From: an uncultured Acidobacteriota bacterium
Lineage (GTDB): Bacteria; Acidobacteriota; Terriglobia; Terriglobales; Acidobacteriaceae
Assembly (NCBI GenBank): GCA_963823295.1
Contig: CAWGLF010000017.1
Coordinates: 66,750 to 130,749, forward strand
DNA: 64,000 bases
Reading direction: 5' to 3'
How positions within the stretch are numbered: the first letter of the stretch is position 1; each line of letters starts with the position of its first letter. The translations under genes and the position numbers were made by a program. Shown in pieces: positions 10,718 to 22,691 of the stretch. The notes under the pieces were generated by a model. The model ran no database searches, had not been told where the DNA came from, and worked only from the letters and a program-made list of their open reading frames with translations.

Positions 10718-10968
10718 TACCTCGCACCCTGTGCAACGGCGTACACCGAGTCAAACTGGGCGATATGCCCTTCCTCCGATTGTACGCCGGAGCCTGCGAC
10801 GTGGCTCAATACAAAGCGGGATGGCGGGTAAGAAGCAGAGAGGAATTTTAGACCGATTGCTGCTGCTCTCCCGCTCGCGTCGTTTTCACGATCAGTACCT
10901 TGTATTTTTACATTTGGAAATGGCTTTCTCAGTGATTCGCGGAGGCTGCAGAGCGGTGGCTGATCTGG

Positions 10969-13462
10969 CTAGGCCATCATATTTACTCTGTATGCGTTTT
11001 GCGGCGCCTCCGGCGGGTCGACCAGAGACTGTCCTGCACTATCAGCGGAAGCGTAGTACTCTACTGCGCCGTCCTGCATAGAAAATGGGCCGAGCTGTGC
11101 GGTGTAAACGTTCCGGCCAGCATGCCTGGCGGACTGGGCCTGCCAATCGCGGCGACCCTCTCGCCTGGTGTGGAACTTGACCTCAGCGCCGTTCACGCCC
11201 GGAACTACGATGAAAAGGCGCAGCGACTCGCCCGGCTTCAGAAGCGATGGACGTGTCGGCACAAAGAGTCGTGGCGGGTTGGCCTCTTCCGAACGGGTCG
11301 CCGCCCCGTACACCTGGTTCATCTCGGGCGGCAGCTCATCGGCAAATTCCTGGATGGAGAGGCGCAGACGTTCGAGCGCGATCCGGACAAATTTGTTCTG
11401 CATGGAAGCGAGCTGTCCCTGATCGTTGCGGGTTGCAATCACCGCCTGATACTCGAGCATTCCCTGGCGCACGAGCGGAGCTATTTCGAGCCACAGCGGT
11501 ACTCCATTCCGAAGGACAACGGTGCGTGCCTGAATCTCATGGCCGGCCGCGCGAAGTTTGACTGCCTCATCGAGCACCGTGTTCAGTTTGTGCGCCGTTT
11601 CATATGCATCACAGTATGGAACCATGAAGCTTACGAATCCCGCGAAATAGCCGATTCGATTTTTCTCAATTGCAGATTGCGCGGCACTCTTCAGATCCTG
11701 GAATTCCTTCGCGGTTGCGCGTTGTCGCGGCAGCACCGTAAGGTCAGGCTCGTTTGTGCCATACAAGAATGCCTGGTCGTAATCGCCGGTAAGCTCTATC
11801 CGATTTGCATACCCCGCCTTGCTATACGTCCCTAAGAAGGTGGACGAAATGGCATGTTTGCTGTCGCAGTCGTTGAAAAGTTCGGCGAGCCGCTCCGCGC
11901 GATCTCCCGAGGCCATAGCGGCGCAAAAGCGGCGATAGTGTTCACGCGCGGTCAGCTGCTTGTCCCAGGCTGCCCGCGCAAGATAAGTAGCCGTCGGGTC
12001 TACGATGCGGTGCCGCCAATGAATGCCGAGCACGCCCTGGCAGCCGAAGTCCTGCGCGCGCTTCATATCCATCTCAAACCGGCTGGCGCGGAACTGCGGA
12101 AACCACATTGAAGGATCATCCTCAAGCCACGGGATGGGCCAGCGCTCCCGATCGCCCAGCTTCGAGAAAGCTTCGTTGATCGGATCCCAGCCGAGCGAAT
12201 CGCTCAAGGCCGAAAATACGATATCGCCGGGAAGCCGCTGGTGCAGAGACTCGAAATGGCGCGTTACACCACCCCATCCGGCGAGCACGAGTTTCTTTTT
12301 CGGCGCATGGCGGCGCAGGAAATCGTGCGCCTGTGCGAAGGGAGTCACCGAGAGCGGGACATTTTTCTCGCGGCTTTCCCAGTTGGCCGCTTCATCCTGC
12401 CATAGCCAGACGTAATCCACCATTGGGTACCGCTCCAGTAAATCTGCCAAGCGGCGCTCCAGAAGTGCCCGCGCGGTACGAGACTCGATAAATCCGCCCG
12501 GATGCGAGCGCGCCTCAGGTGGCAAAGCGGATACGATCTCGACTGGATTCTGGTACGGTTCGAAGCCGATGCCCGTCCGAATCCCCAATTCGGAGGCGAA
12601 GCTAAAAGCTCCGCGCATCATTTCTGTCGTACGGCCGGCAATATCCCAGATGTCCGCTCCATCCCGTGTTGCATCCGCGCCGAAGGTATCCCGGTCGAAG
12701 AACTGTGCAGCGCCCATCTTGTAGCTCGATGTGCGCTGCGGCAGATAGCCCCAGCTCCGCATGGTGGTATCTTCCAGCGCGGCACGATGTCCCGCGCCGG
12801 CAAAGTCAAATGACAAATAGGACTCGGCGAGAGGCCCCGGGGTGTTCTGCGTATAGACATGCATTCCAAACATATTGAAGCGCATGCGCAGCATGGAAGC
12901 GAAGTAGGCCCGGTAGTCCTCTGGGTTGTACACGCTGATGCAGTTCAGAAAATCGGGCCATGGCAACAGCCCTCTCACGGCAAAACGCGGCGACGCCGTC
13001 CATGGTTCGCCAGCTCGATGGCAGCAGGAATGCGGCGCGATCGATCGGGACAGTTGTTCCATCGATTCCGAAGACAAGCCCCTGCCGCTCCAGGAAATCG
13101 AAGACCGCATAGAGCAAGGCCTGTTCGCTCGCCGCTCTGAGTGTCGCCCCACCTCTCGATGCCGATATCTCATATTCCTGGTCGCATCGGAATGCCGGGC
13201 GGTCGATGCTCAAGAGCAGGACGATGCCGGTCTCCGAGTTTTCGCCATCCGATTCCACGATTTCAGATGCGCTGTCCAGGGATCGCAACCCTGCCATCAG
13301 TTCGCGCACGGCAAGGCGTACTTTCGGAGTTGACGGTGCTTGTGTCCGAACGGCAATACGCTCCGGCCTGGACATCTGCGCCATTCCTTGCGGCGTCTTT
13401 ACCAGCCCGCCGGCCGCAACAAGAGCCCCCGATTTGATGAAATCTCTGCGATCCATGGTCAA
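10969..13462 (-). pseudogene. Tat-exported glycoside-hydrolase-like protein (family not assignable by eye), one frameshift
   Basis: N-terminus MTMDRRDFIKSGALVAAGG (twin-arginine leader) plus an alpha/beta N-domain (ASEQALLYAVFDFLERQGLVF) lie in ORF 12806..13462(-). The remainder (RGLLPWPDFLN...YNPEDYRAYFASMLRMRFNMFGMHVY...WLEDDPSMW...) lies in ORF 10969..13173(-). The junction is around 13005..13018. Confidence 0.55.
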
Positions 13463-13595
13463 TGTTCTCCCTGATCATTATTCAGGTCCGAACCTGGATT
13501 CAAAATGATAATTTCCCGAACCGATAATGCATTCCACGCGCGGACCCTCGCGGCGAATTGTATGGATTCCATTTCCCGTGGTGAGCGACATTCCA

Positions 13596-16313
13596 TCAGC
13601 AAGGATGGATTTGCGAATAATTTTCTGGAAATAGAACTGTTGCGGTTGTGCCCGGAGGGATGATAACTGCCATGTGCAGGATGTTCCCGGTGCGGGACCA
13701 GTTACTCGAGACCTTGCCAAGAATGGATTCGTAAGATGCCGATGCGGTTTTTACATCGCCGACGGGTGTGGGTTCGATAAGGATACGTTGATCGGCCGGG
13801 CGATTCAGGTCGAAATTGATACCGGCCAGACCGCGATAGAACCATTCCTCCGCATGGCCCAGCATAAAGTGATCCTGAGAGTAGTCCGGATTTGCATCCC
13901 AGGCTTCCGTAAGCGATGTTGCGCCGCGGGCCAGTTGGTATCCATAGCTCGGTGAGTCCGTGCGGCTCAGCATATCGTAAAGAACGTCGGATCGGCCGCC
14001 GTCCGTGAGCGCCCGCACAACATAATGAAAGCCGATGTCGCCCGCGCTTACATGGTTCGTGCGCTTGCGGATGTCGGCGATCAAATTGTTCAGAACAGCC
14101 TGGCGATGACCCTCCGGCACAAGCCCCAGGACCAACGGCATTGCATTCGCCGTTTGGCTGCCGTGGTCATATTCGTTGGTATCAGGATGGAACAGGTGCG
14201 CATTGAAAGATGTCTTTATATCGCTTGCCTCGGCGGAATAAGCTGCGGCATCCTCCGGTTTTCCCAGCAGGGAAGCGATTTCAGAAAGATCCGTAAGATC
14301 CTGGAAATAAGTTGCAGTTGCGGTCAGGCCCTGGCTGGTTAGCTTCGATCTCCCTGGATCTCCTGGGCCTATGTCGTACCAGTCACCTAATCCAAAATTC
14401 AGCATATGGTCCTTAGCTCGGGATTTTAGATAGGCTGCATACCGTTGCATCGATAAGTAATGTAAGCGCAGGTTCTCGATGTCTCCATAGAACTGATATG
14501 CGGCCCATGGGCTGAGAATGACCGCGCTGCCCCACTCGGGAGAGTTACGAAAGTCGTTGGTGTTTCCGTTCTTATCGAGAAAAGCCACATATTCCGGGGC
14601 TATTGAAGGAACCATTCCATCCGCTAGCTGTGAATCCATCATGTCGTCGGATATTTTGTTGTAAAGTCGCGCCACGTCGTAGTTGTACATGATCGAAGAT
14701 GCAGCTAAATGCGTCTGCTCCAGCCAGCCAAGCTTTTCTCGATGGGGGCAGTCCGTCAGCACGCTGACCATATTATTGAGAATGGCAACGTCGATCAGAC
14801 GATGAATCCTGTCGAAAAGCTCGTCGGAAGTGGAGAATGAGCCATCCACCGCAACGCCATCGTGCAGGGATTGTCCGATAAGAGCTGTGCATGATCGGCG
14901 GTTTCGGCGAATGCGACCGCTCTACCTGCACATAGCGAAACCCATAATAAGTGAAACGCGGGTGCCAGGATTCGATGCCGTTGCCGTTCAGAATATAGGT
15001 GAAGGAAGTCTGGAAGTCCGGAGTGCCATTTGCGCTGTTTTGGGTAACAAGTCCATGTTGATCGAGTAACTCGCCGGGCACAAGTTTGACCCAGGATCCT
15101 TTCGCGCCGCTGACTTCGATCTTAGGCCAGCCGGCAAAATTCTGTCCCAGGTCGTACACCAGGATTCCGGGCGCCGGCTGTGTCACCTTCACGGGCTTGT
15201 AACTATGCGAGAACTGGACAAGGGGAATTTGTTCGGAAACCAATTTCCCGTCCGGTCCGGAAACTTCCAGCGCAGGTATCCATGTTCCGATCATCAAAAC
15301 CCGGCTCTATCCCATCCGGATTGTTCGCGGCGTGCATCGTAATCTTCTCCACCATAGGTGGAGGAGAAAATAATCGGGCCAGGAGCAGTTTTCCAGCTTG
15401 CGTCACTTACAAGAGTTGAGTGGCTGCCGTCGGTAAACCGCAAATACATTTGCAGAATCAGCTTCGGCTGGCCGAAGGAGCCGGTGAATTTGTCATAGCG
15501 GCCTTTCGTTTTTTCAACGTTGTACATGCCGTTGCCTAGCATGACTCCGATGGCATTATCTCCGGGACGCAGCAACCCGGTTACATCATAGGTGTCATAG
15601 AATATCCGCTTTTTATAGTCAGTCCAGCCGGGTGTCATCACCGCGTTCGTGACGTTGTGCCCGTCGATGTGCGCTTCATATTGTCCCAGCCCGGAGACGA
15701 AGAGCAACGCTTGTGCGACTTGTTTCCGCACGGTAAATTCTTTCCTGAATATAGGTAGCGGCTTTTTTGATGTCTCGGAATTCTGTCCATGCCCGGAACT
15801 GTGGTCTGGTGTAGCCGCGATCCAGTGAGCTGTCCAGTCCTGTGGGTCCAGAAGTGCGGTTGTGAATCGTGCTGGCGCGCTCCACTGGGATGAGAAACCA
15901 CGATTGTCCCATATGCGCACTTTCCAGTAATAGGAACTATGAGAGCTCAGTGGTACACCTTTATATTCGATTCCAAACATCCGTGGCGACAAGGTCTTCC
16001 CGCTGTCCCAAATATCACCGACGCCGGAGGCCAGCAGGCGCGGTGAAGAAGCAACCAGAATGCGATAGCCGGTTTGTTTCACGTCGCGTGCGCCCACCCG
16101 GGTTAGACCCAAAGTCCATCCGAAGCGCGGCATTTGAGCAGCAACGCCGACCGGATCGCGCATCCATTCACAACTCAGGTTTTTCGGATCGGCGGCCGCG
16201 GTTTTCTCGAGGCCATTCTTCACGAGTGCTTGAGGAGCAACATGGAAAGAATGACTAACAGCAGCATTTCCCGACATCAAAAAGATCGTGGCGGTAAAAA
16301 CTAACAGGGTCAT
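13596..16313 (-). pseudogene. Alpha-L-rhamnosidase (GH78), three frame disruptions
   Basis: - N-terminal domain, ORF 15294..16472: YRILVASSPRLL...YYWKVRIWDNRGFSSQWSAPARF, AHIDGHNVTNAVMTPGWTDYKKRIFYDTYDVT.
- Middle domain, ORF 14773..15297: YDLGQNFAGWPKIEVSG...YGFRYVQVE.
- Catalytic (alpha/alpha)6 domain, ORF 13596..14849: LTDCPHREKLGWLEQT....
- The family motif GFDDxxW is restored as GFDDRTWIPA by removing one base at 15296..15299 (AAAA) and one at 15285..15286.
- A third shift lies near 14865..14880.
- Start taken at the ATG 16313..16311 (MTLLVFTATIFLMSG signal); alternatives exist upstream. Confidence 0.8.
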
Positions 16314-16568
16314 TAGTTGCGGGAGATGGATCAGAAAAAAATTGTATCCGCCTTCTGCGGACTTGGAACTAGGATCCAGGCGCATGGCCCATCCTAAGAT
16401 TTGTTTCGTCGTGTGTCGAGACTGATTCTCTGGAACCGATCGCCGCGTTGCCGCACTCTCCGTGATCGTCAATTGGGAACGAGATGCCTTTCAGGGAGTA
16501 TCGCTGCCCACGAAGTATACTGGGCGCGCGGTACTGACCCGAGAAATGCGAAATGGTTCGAGGGATGC

Positions 16569-16745
16569 ATGAGAAAAAACACCCACGATCAGACTCGTCG
16601 CGTATTTCTGCGCAACACGGCTGTGGCCGCTGGCGCAGCAGCATTGTGTCCGGACCTCGTCCAGCAGGCATTCGCCACGGAACCGGGCAACGAACCAGGC
16701 AGAAGGCCGAATTTGGTTTTTTCCTTGGTGAAGGCATGCGTATAA
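16569..16745 (+). pseudogene. Orphan Tat-leader fragment resembling a sulfatase N-terminus (gene remnant)
   Basis: MRKNTHDQTRRVFLRNTAVAAGAAALCPDLVQQAFATEPGNEPGRRPNLVF then SLVKACV-stop. RRxFL plus the RPNLVF start is the usual beginning of exported sulfatases. No sulfatase body follows in any frame. Confidence 0.25.
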
Positions 16746-16863
16746 ATACAAGCCGACTATCCTTTTGGGGAAACGGATTGCTCAACCTAGTCGAAGAGGG
16801 TTTATGTAATTTGAAACTCGGGTTCGGCTAGCGTGAATAGGTAGCTTATACAGGAGGACTGCA

Positions 16864-17793
16864 GTGAGAAAGATTATTATGGTTGCGCTAATTACCTGTA
16901 CTGCTTTAGGAGCATCCCCAGGTTTCAGTCAGGTGAAAATGACGAGAGAACAGGTCCTGTTCTATACGTCGGGCTGGAAAGGTGCGCGCTTTCCCGACGG
17001 CCGGCCTAAGTTAGCCGACGACCTGCTGAAACGCGCCATGAATATGACCGTCGAGGATGTCTGGGATTTCCTTCGTGCGCATGGTTATGACAATCAATTT
17101 GAGGGCGGGTGGCAGGCGCTTCATCCGGAAAAATCCTTTGCCGGCAGGGCGCTCACAGCACAGTACATGCCGTTAAGGCCCGATATGGCCGAAGCAATCG
17201 CCGCCGAGGGCAAGGCGGAGGGGCGGGTCGGCGATACCAATTCATGGCCTATCAATGAGCTGCAGCCCGGTGACGTGTATGTCGCGGATGGCTTTGGAAA
17301 AATTATTTCCGGTACCCTGATAGGCTCTAACCTCGGCAATGGAATTGCCGCGCACACTCATGCCGGGTTTGTGTTTAACGCGGGCATACGGGACCAGGAG
17401 GAAAACCGTGAAATACCGGATTTCAACGGGATCTACCGTGGTTACGATCCTTCCGACTGGGCGCAGATGGAGCTGACATCCATCAATGCTCCCATCCGTA
17501 TCGGGCGAGCCGTAGTTTTACCGGGAGATCTGGTTCTGGTTAAGCCGGAGGGGGTTATTTTTATCCCGGCAGTCCTGGCTGAAGCTGCGATCAGTTCGGC
17601 TGAATTTACAGCCCTCAAGGATGCATACAATTTTGAGTTAAATCGCGAGGGCAAGAACGGCGCACAGTTTGAGGGAGGATGGACCCCACAGAAATACGAC
17701 GCATTTGCAAAGTGGGTTGCTGCTCATCCGGGAATGCTGAAGATGCCGCGGAGTGAATTTGAAAGCATGTTGGCGAAAGAAAAGCACCAATGA
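16864..17793 (+). CDS. RraA-family (class II aldolase / decarboxylase-like) protein with Sec signal peptide
   Basis: MRKIIMVALITCTALGASPGFSQ leader. Core QPGDVYVADGFGKIISGTLIGSNLGNGIAAHTHAGFVFNAGIRD...LPGDLVLVKPEGVIFIP matches the RraA/HMG-aldolase fold pattern GDVxVxD...G...G...G.V.dG..RD. Confidence 0.65.
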   Translation: MRKIIMVALITCTALGASPGFSQVKMTREQVLFYTSGWKGARFPDGRPKLADDLLKRAMNMTVEDVWDFLRAHGYDNQFEGGWQALHPEKSFAGRALTAQYMPLRPDMAEAIAAEGKAEGRVGDTNSWPINELQPGDVYVADGFGKIISGTLIGSNLGNGIAAHTHAGFVFNAGIRDQEENREIPDFNGIYRGYDPSDWAQMELTSINAPIRIGRAVVLPGDLVLVKPEGVIFIPAVLAEAAISSAEFTALKDAYNFELNREGKNGAQFEGGWTPQKYDAFAKWVAAHPGMLKMPRSEFESMLAKEKHQ

Positions 17794-17930
17794 TCGACAA
17801 GCTATAAACGCAAGTTGCTCATGCGGCGGATTCATGAGGCTGAATCTGCGCGGATATTTGAGCCATTGTTTGATGGGACGACTTACGATGTATCATTGTC
17901 GCCGGTGAATCTGTCGAGCGGGGAGGCGCT

Positions 17931-18695
17931 GTGCGTTTGCGAGTGCTTGCAGATAGAAATTTGTTGGCGACAGCTGCGGCAGCGCAAGCCGCGGTGGCGA
18001 TCCAGCATGCGATCAGAAAGCATGGCAAGGCCCGCATTATCGGCGCAAGCGCGGCCTCGCAGATCGAGTTCCTGGAGAGATTAACCGATACTCCTGGGAT
18101 CGATTGGAAGCGGGTCGAGCTGTTCCATCTGGACGAATACATCGGCCTGCCGATGAGCCACCCCGCGAGCTTCTGCAAGTTTCTTCAGGATCGTCTGATC
18201 GCAAAAACAGGAATCGTCAATTTTCATCTGCTCGACGGCGAAAAAGATCCCGCGGAAGTAATTCGCCGCACAAATGAGGCCATTCGCGAGGCACCCATTG
18301 ATGTGGCGTTTGTCGGGATTGGAGAAAACGGTCACCTGGCTTTCAATGATCCGCCAGCAGATTTCGAAACTGAGGAGCCGTATATCGAGGTGAACCTGGA
18401 CCAGGCTTGCCGGCGGCAGCAGGTCGGGGAAGGCTGGTTCCCAGATCTGGAAGCAGTTCCCAAGCGGGCCATCTCCATGTCGGTGAGGCAAGTTCTTAAG
18501 GCGAAGGAAATCCTAGCGGTAGTGCCCGGCCCCAAAAAGGCGCAAGCGGTTCTGGCCTGCGTCGAAGGATCCGTCAGCCCGCTGACGCCCGCGTCTATCC
18601 TGCAGACACATCCAAACGCCACGATTTATCTGGATTTGGAATCTGCTGCGCTGCTAAGTCCCGAAACCATCTCCAGGTTGGCGACATCGGCGTGA
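17931..18695 (+). CDS. nagB: Glucosamine-6-phosphate deaminase / 6-phosphogluconolactonase family protein
   Basis: GTG start preceded by GGGAGG. Motifs: [43 protein letters not shown] (GxGxxGHxAFNxP motif of NagB-type deaminases). Confidence 0.75.
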   Translation: MRLRVLADRNLLATAAAAQAAVAIQHAIRKHGKARIIGASAASQIEFLERLTDTPGIDWKRVELFHLDEYIGLPMSHPASFCKFLQDRLIAKTGIVNFHLLDGEKDPAEVIRRTNEAIREAPIDVAFVGIGENGHLAFNDPPADFETEEPYIEVNLDQACRRQQVGEGWFPDLEAVPKRAISMSVRQVLKAKEILAVVPGPKKAQAVLACVEGSVSPLTPASILQTHPNATIYLDLESAALLSPETISRLATSA

Positions 18696-19032
18696 GGGCT
18701 TCCGTGGTTAGAGATTCTATCCAGAATTTACGCCGGATTCGGAACTCCTACAGAGCCTCTGGTCCCCGTGCCGCGATGAAAGACAGCGCTCCAGCTTCGC
18801 GATCGTCTTAATAATGCAATCTGATCGCGCTTTCTCTACAGGATTTGCTAATCCGGAATATCACAGGAACGCGTACCCACTCCAGCCAGCTTCCGCCACA
18901 CCCTATTGTTTCAACGCGACGCGATATTCAATCGTTTGACAACTGGCAATATGTCGTCTACCGTGTTGCATAACTTTGGAAGCTCGAATAAAAAGTTCAT
19001 TTTCTACAAATTTGGCGGGGAGGCGGCGATCC

Positions 19033-22000
19033 ATGAAGCTTTTCATAAAGTCTTTCTTAATTCTCGGTGTGTGTGCCATCCTTGCGTTCACGTCAAGTAG
19101 AGCCAGGGCAGACATCACGGGCTCGATATCCGGGGTTGTTACCGATCCAAGCGGCGCCGTGATTCCCGGTGTCACTGTAGTAGCGACGGCTGTGTCGACG
19201 AACGTAAAGCACACCACCGATTACGGACGGGAAAGGCTTTTACGCTTTCCCTGCTCTAAACGTTGACCACTACAATGTCACCGTCAGTCAACCTGGATTC
19301 AGGGATTTTCTGGAGAGTGGAGTCGTGATCAACGCCAACTCTGCAGTTCGAATCGACGTAAAGCTGCAAATCGGCGCGGTCAAGAACACCGTGTCGGTGA
19401 AAAGCGATCAGTTGCAGGTGGAAACCCAGAGCACGCAAATGGGCGAAGTGATCGAAGGAAGCAAGATAACCTCTGTCCCGCTCAATGGCCGCTCCTACAT
19501 TGATCTGCTGGCGCTTCAACCCGGTGTTTCTCCGTATAGCGACGTTGCTACTACGAGCGGCTCCGGTGTTTCGGGCGTAGACGGCGGTTCGCAGAGCATG
19601 GGCCTGCAATCCGTGAACGGCGGTCAACCGGAAGGCAACGGCTACATGGTAAACGGAGCCGATGCGGAAGAAGGCGTTCACAATGGGGCGGCGTTTATTC
19701 CAAATCTCGATTCCATCGCACAGTTCCGTATCATCACCAACAACTTCAACGCGGAATACGGAAACTTCAGCGGCGGCCAGATCAATGTCGTGACCAAAGC
19801 GGGAACAAATCAGTTCCACGGCGATCTATTCGACTTTTTGCGGAACACCGATCTGGATGCCAAAAATTACTTTGCGCCGACTCGCGGCGTTTTCATTCAA
19901 AATCAGTTTGGTGGCACGATCGGCGGTCCAATTAAGAGAGATAAGGTTTTCTTTTTCGGGGACTATCAGGGAACAAAGCAAATTATCGGTTCCACACAGT
20001 CCTTTCCTGTACCTTCCATAGCCGACCGCTCGGGAAATCTGTCGGATCAGGCAGCGGCACTCGAAAGCAGCGATCCTGCGAATAACGGCCTCGGGGTTCA
20101 AGGAGCATACTGGGCATCCGTGCTGTCCCGAGAGCTGGGTTATACCGTGACCAACGGAGAGCCATACTATTCGCCAGGGGTGCACGAGCAACGCTACCTG
20201 CGTTTTTCCGAATGCCATCGTTCCCGCCAGCGCAATCTCTCCGGTCGCGCGGAACATGCTGAAATATATTCCTACGCCCAATGCCGTGCAAAGCGGGCAA
20301 CCATTTTTTCAGACGTCGGCCTTCAATCAGACACTGACGGATAACAAGGGCGGAATCCGCGTGGATACAAACACACGCTTTGGAGCTCTGTTCGGCTACT
20401 ATTTTGCGGATAAGTACTCGGAAGTCAATCCCTACTTTGCGGTGAATATCCCCGGTTTCGACGCCGACCTTAGCGGGCTTACCCAAATGGGAAACTTTGG
20501 TCTGACGACAACCATCAACAATTCCACGGTGAATGATGTTCGCTTTGTCTATCTCCGAGACGTAAACCTGCAAGGGGTTCCAAAGGGTGGATTGGGCGTC
20601 ACACTTTCTTCTTTAGGCTTCAATACTCCCTGGGGACCAACCGGTGGAATTGGCGCGGTCGATCCCGCGTTGGAGGGGGTGCCGAATGTGGACTTCAATA
20701 ATTTCAGCTTTGGCGTTCCGCCAGACACACTGCGTCAATTTAACAACACCGTGCAGGTGATCGACAACGTCACGAAGATTTTCGGGACGCATACCATACA
20801 ATTCGGCGGAGATTTCCACTACGACCAGATCAACGAGCGCAATACCTACGGCCAAAATGGGCAATTCGGATTCGGCGGCCAGGAGACCGGTTACGATTTT
20901 GCGGATTACCTGATTGGAGCGCCAAATTACTTTATTCAGGCCAGCTTCCAGGTCCTCGATTCCCGCAGCAAATATTACGGCTTTTACGCGCAGGATAGCT
21001 GGCGCGCCACGTCAACTGTAACGATAAATTACGGCCTGCGATGGGAAGTCAGCACGCCATGGTATGACACGCAGAATAAGCTGGAAACACTGATTCAAGG
21101 CGAACAATCCAAGGTCTTCCCCGGGGCACCTACCGGACTTGTCCTGCCAGGTGACGCCGGTGTGCCGCGAACCTTGTCGCCGACCAGGTACACAAACTTT
21201 GCTCCACGATTCGGAATTGCATATTCTCCGGATATTGCCGACGGTTGGCTGGGTAAACTTCTGGGCGGCGCTGGAAAGACCAGTATTCGCGCCGGATATG
21301 GAATCTTCTACACATCCATCGTCGATGCCACGGGCTTTGTAGAGGTTGGGGACGCGCCATATGGCCTGTTCTATTCCAGCCCCGGACCTCCTCTGCTCGC
21401 ATCGCCCTATGTAACTCGGCAGACAGGAGTGGTCCAGCCGAATGCTTTCCCATTTGTATTTCCGCCAACCAATGTATCTCCCACGAACCCGGACACGACC
21501 TTCAACTGGTCTCAGGTCGAACCGATATCCGGTTCTGATTACTTTTCTCCAACCAATGTGTTGCCCTATACGCAGCAGTTTGAGTTATCGCTCCAGCGGC
21601 AGCTTGGAACAGCAACTGTAGCTAGTGTGAGCTATGTAGGCGCAGTGGGCCGGCACAATCTCACATTTTTAGAAGCCAATCCAGGAGATCCATCGCTCTG
21701 CTTGTACTTAAGCAATCCAGCAAACCTCGCTCCTGTGAGCCAGGGGAATCCTTGTGGTCCGGGCGGGGAACAAAATCAATACGTAGAGGCCAACGGCACA
21801 GTTGTGAATAGCACGCGTACCAGATTCGGAGCGAATTTCGGCGGAGATTCCTTTATGTCCTCATCTGCCAGCTCCAGCTACAACTCGCTTCAGGTAAGCC
21901 TGCAACATACCGAGAAATATGCGAATTTTCTGATCGGCTACACATGGTCGAAGTCTTTGGACAATGGCTCGGGAGTTTTCGATCCGACCGACGTCTTCAA

Positions 22001-22588
22001 TCCTAGTGCGAGCCGCGCGTTATCCACCTTCGACGTTCCGCAGAATCTTGTCATCAGCTATACAGTGCAATTGCCCTTCAACAACTTCATAGGAAAGGGC
22101 GATGTGGCAAAGCGGCTGACGGCTGGATGGGCCCTTTCCGGCATCACGAGCTTTGTGTCGGGCGAGCCGGTTCAAATTTCAGAAAACGACGATTTTTCTT
22201 TGATCGGCGCCAACTCGAGCTTCGATCAAGCCCAACTACGCGAACAATGGAAGCCGATTATTTGTGAACCGCAATCCACGTTCACAGCAACCGTATTTCA
22301 ACCCAAACTATTTTACCTCGGAGAACCTGGGCCAGGTTGGCGATATTATGCGCCGATTTTTTGTGGGTCCCGGCATCAATAACTATGACATGGCATTGTT
22401 GAAAAATACGGAACTATTCGGCGATAAGCAACTTCAATTCCGTGCAGAAGCATTCAACGTGTTCAACCATGCGCAATTCAACAACCCGTCCGGGAAATTT
22501 CAACAACGGCGGTGCCGGTGGTTTTGGATATGTGACATCCGCACGAGACCCACGCATCATGCAAATTGCGTTGAAGTTGTTGTTCTAG
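19033..22588 (+). pseudogene. TonB-dependent receptor with CarboxypepD_reg N-domain, four frame disruptions
   Basis: - Start: MKLFIKSFLILGVCAILAFTSSRARA-DITGSISGVVTDPSGAVIPGVTVVA.
- The protein is spread over ORFs 18976..19266, 19325..20344, 20256..22382 and 22264..22725, plus an unlisted terminal frame ending at TAG 22586..22588.
- That terminal frame gives the canonical C-terminus NFNNGGAGGFGYVTSARDPRIMQIALKLLF.
- Junctions: ~19210..19222, GGGG 20177..20180, ~22225..22232, and AAATTT 22495..22500. Confidence 0.85.
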
Positions 22589-22691
22589 GAGAATTGAATT
22601 CGAACGGTACACCGAGATGCCGGCTCCTGCAAATCGAATGGAAAGGCATTTCGGTGGTAGCGGGAAGGGATCAGGGGAGAGTTTGCTGCGA

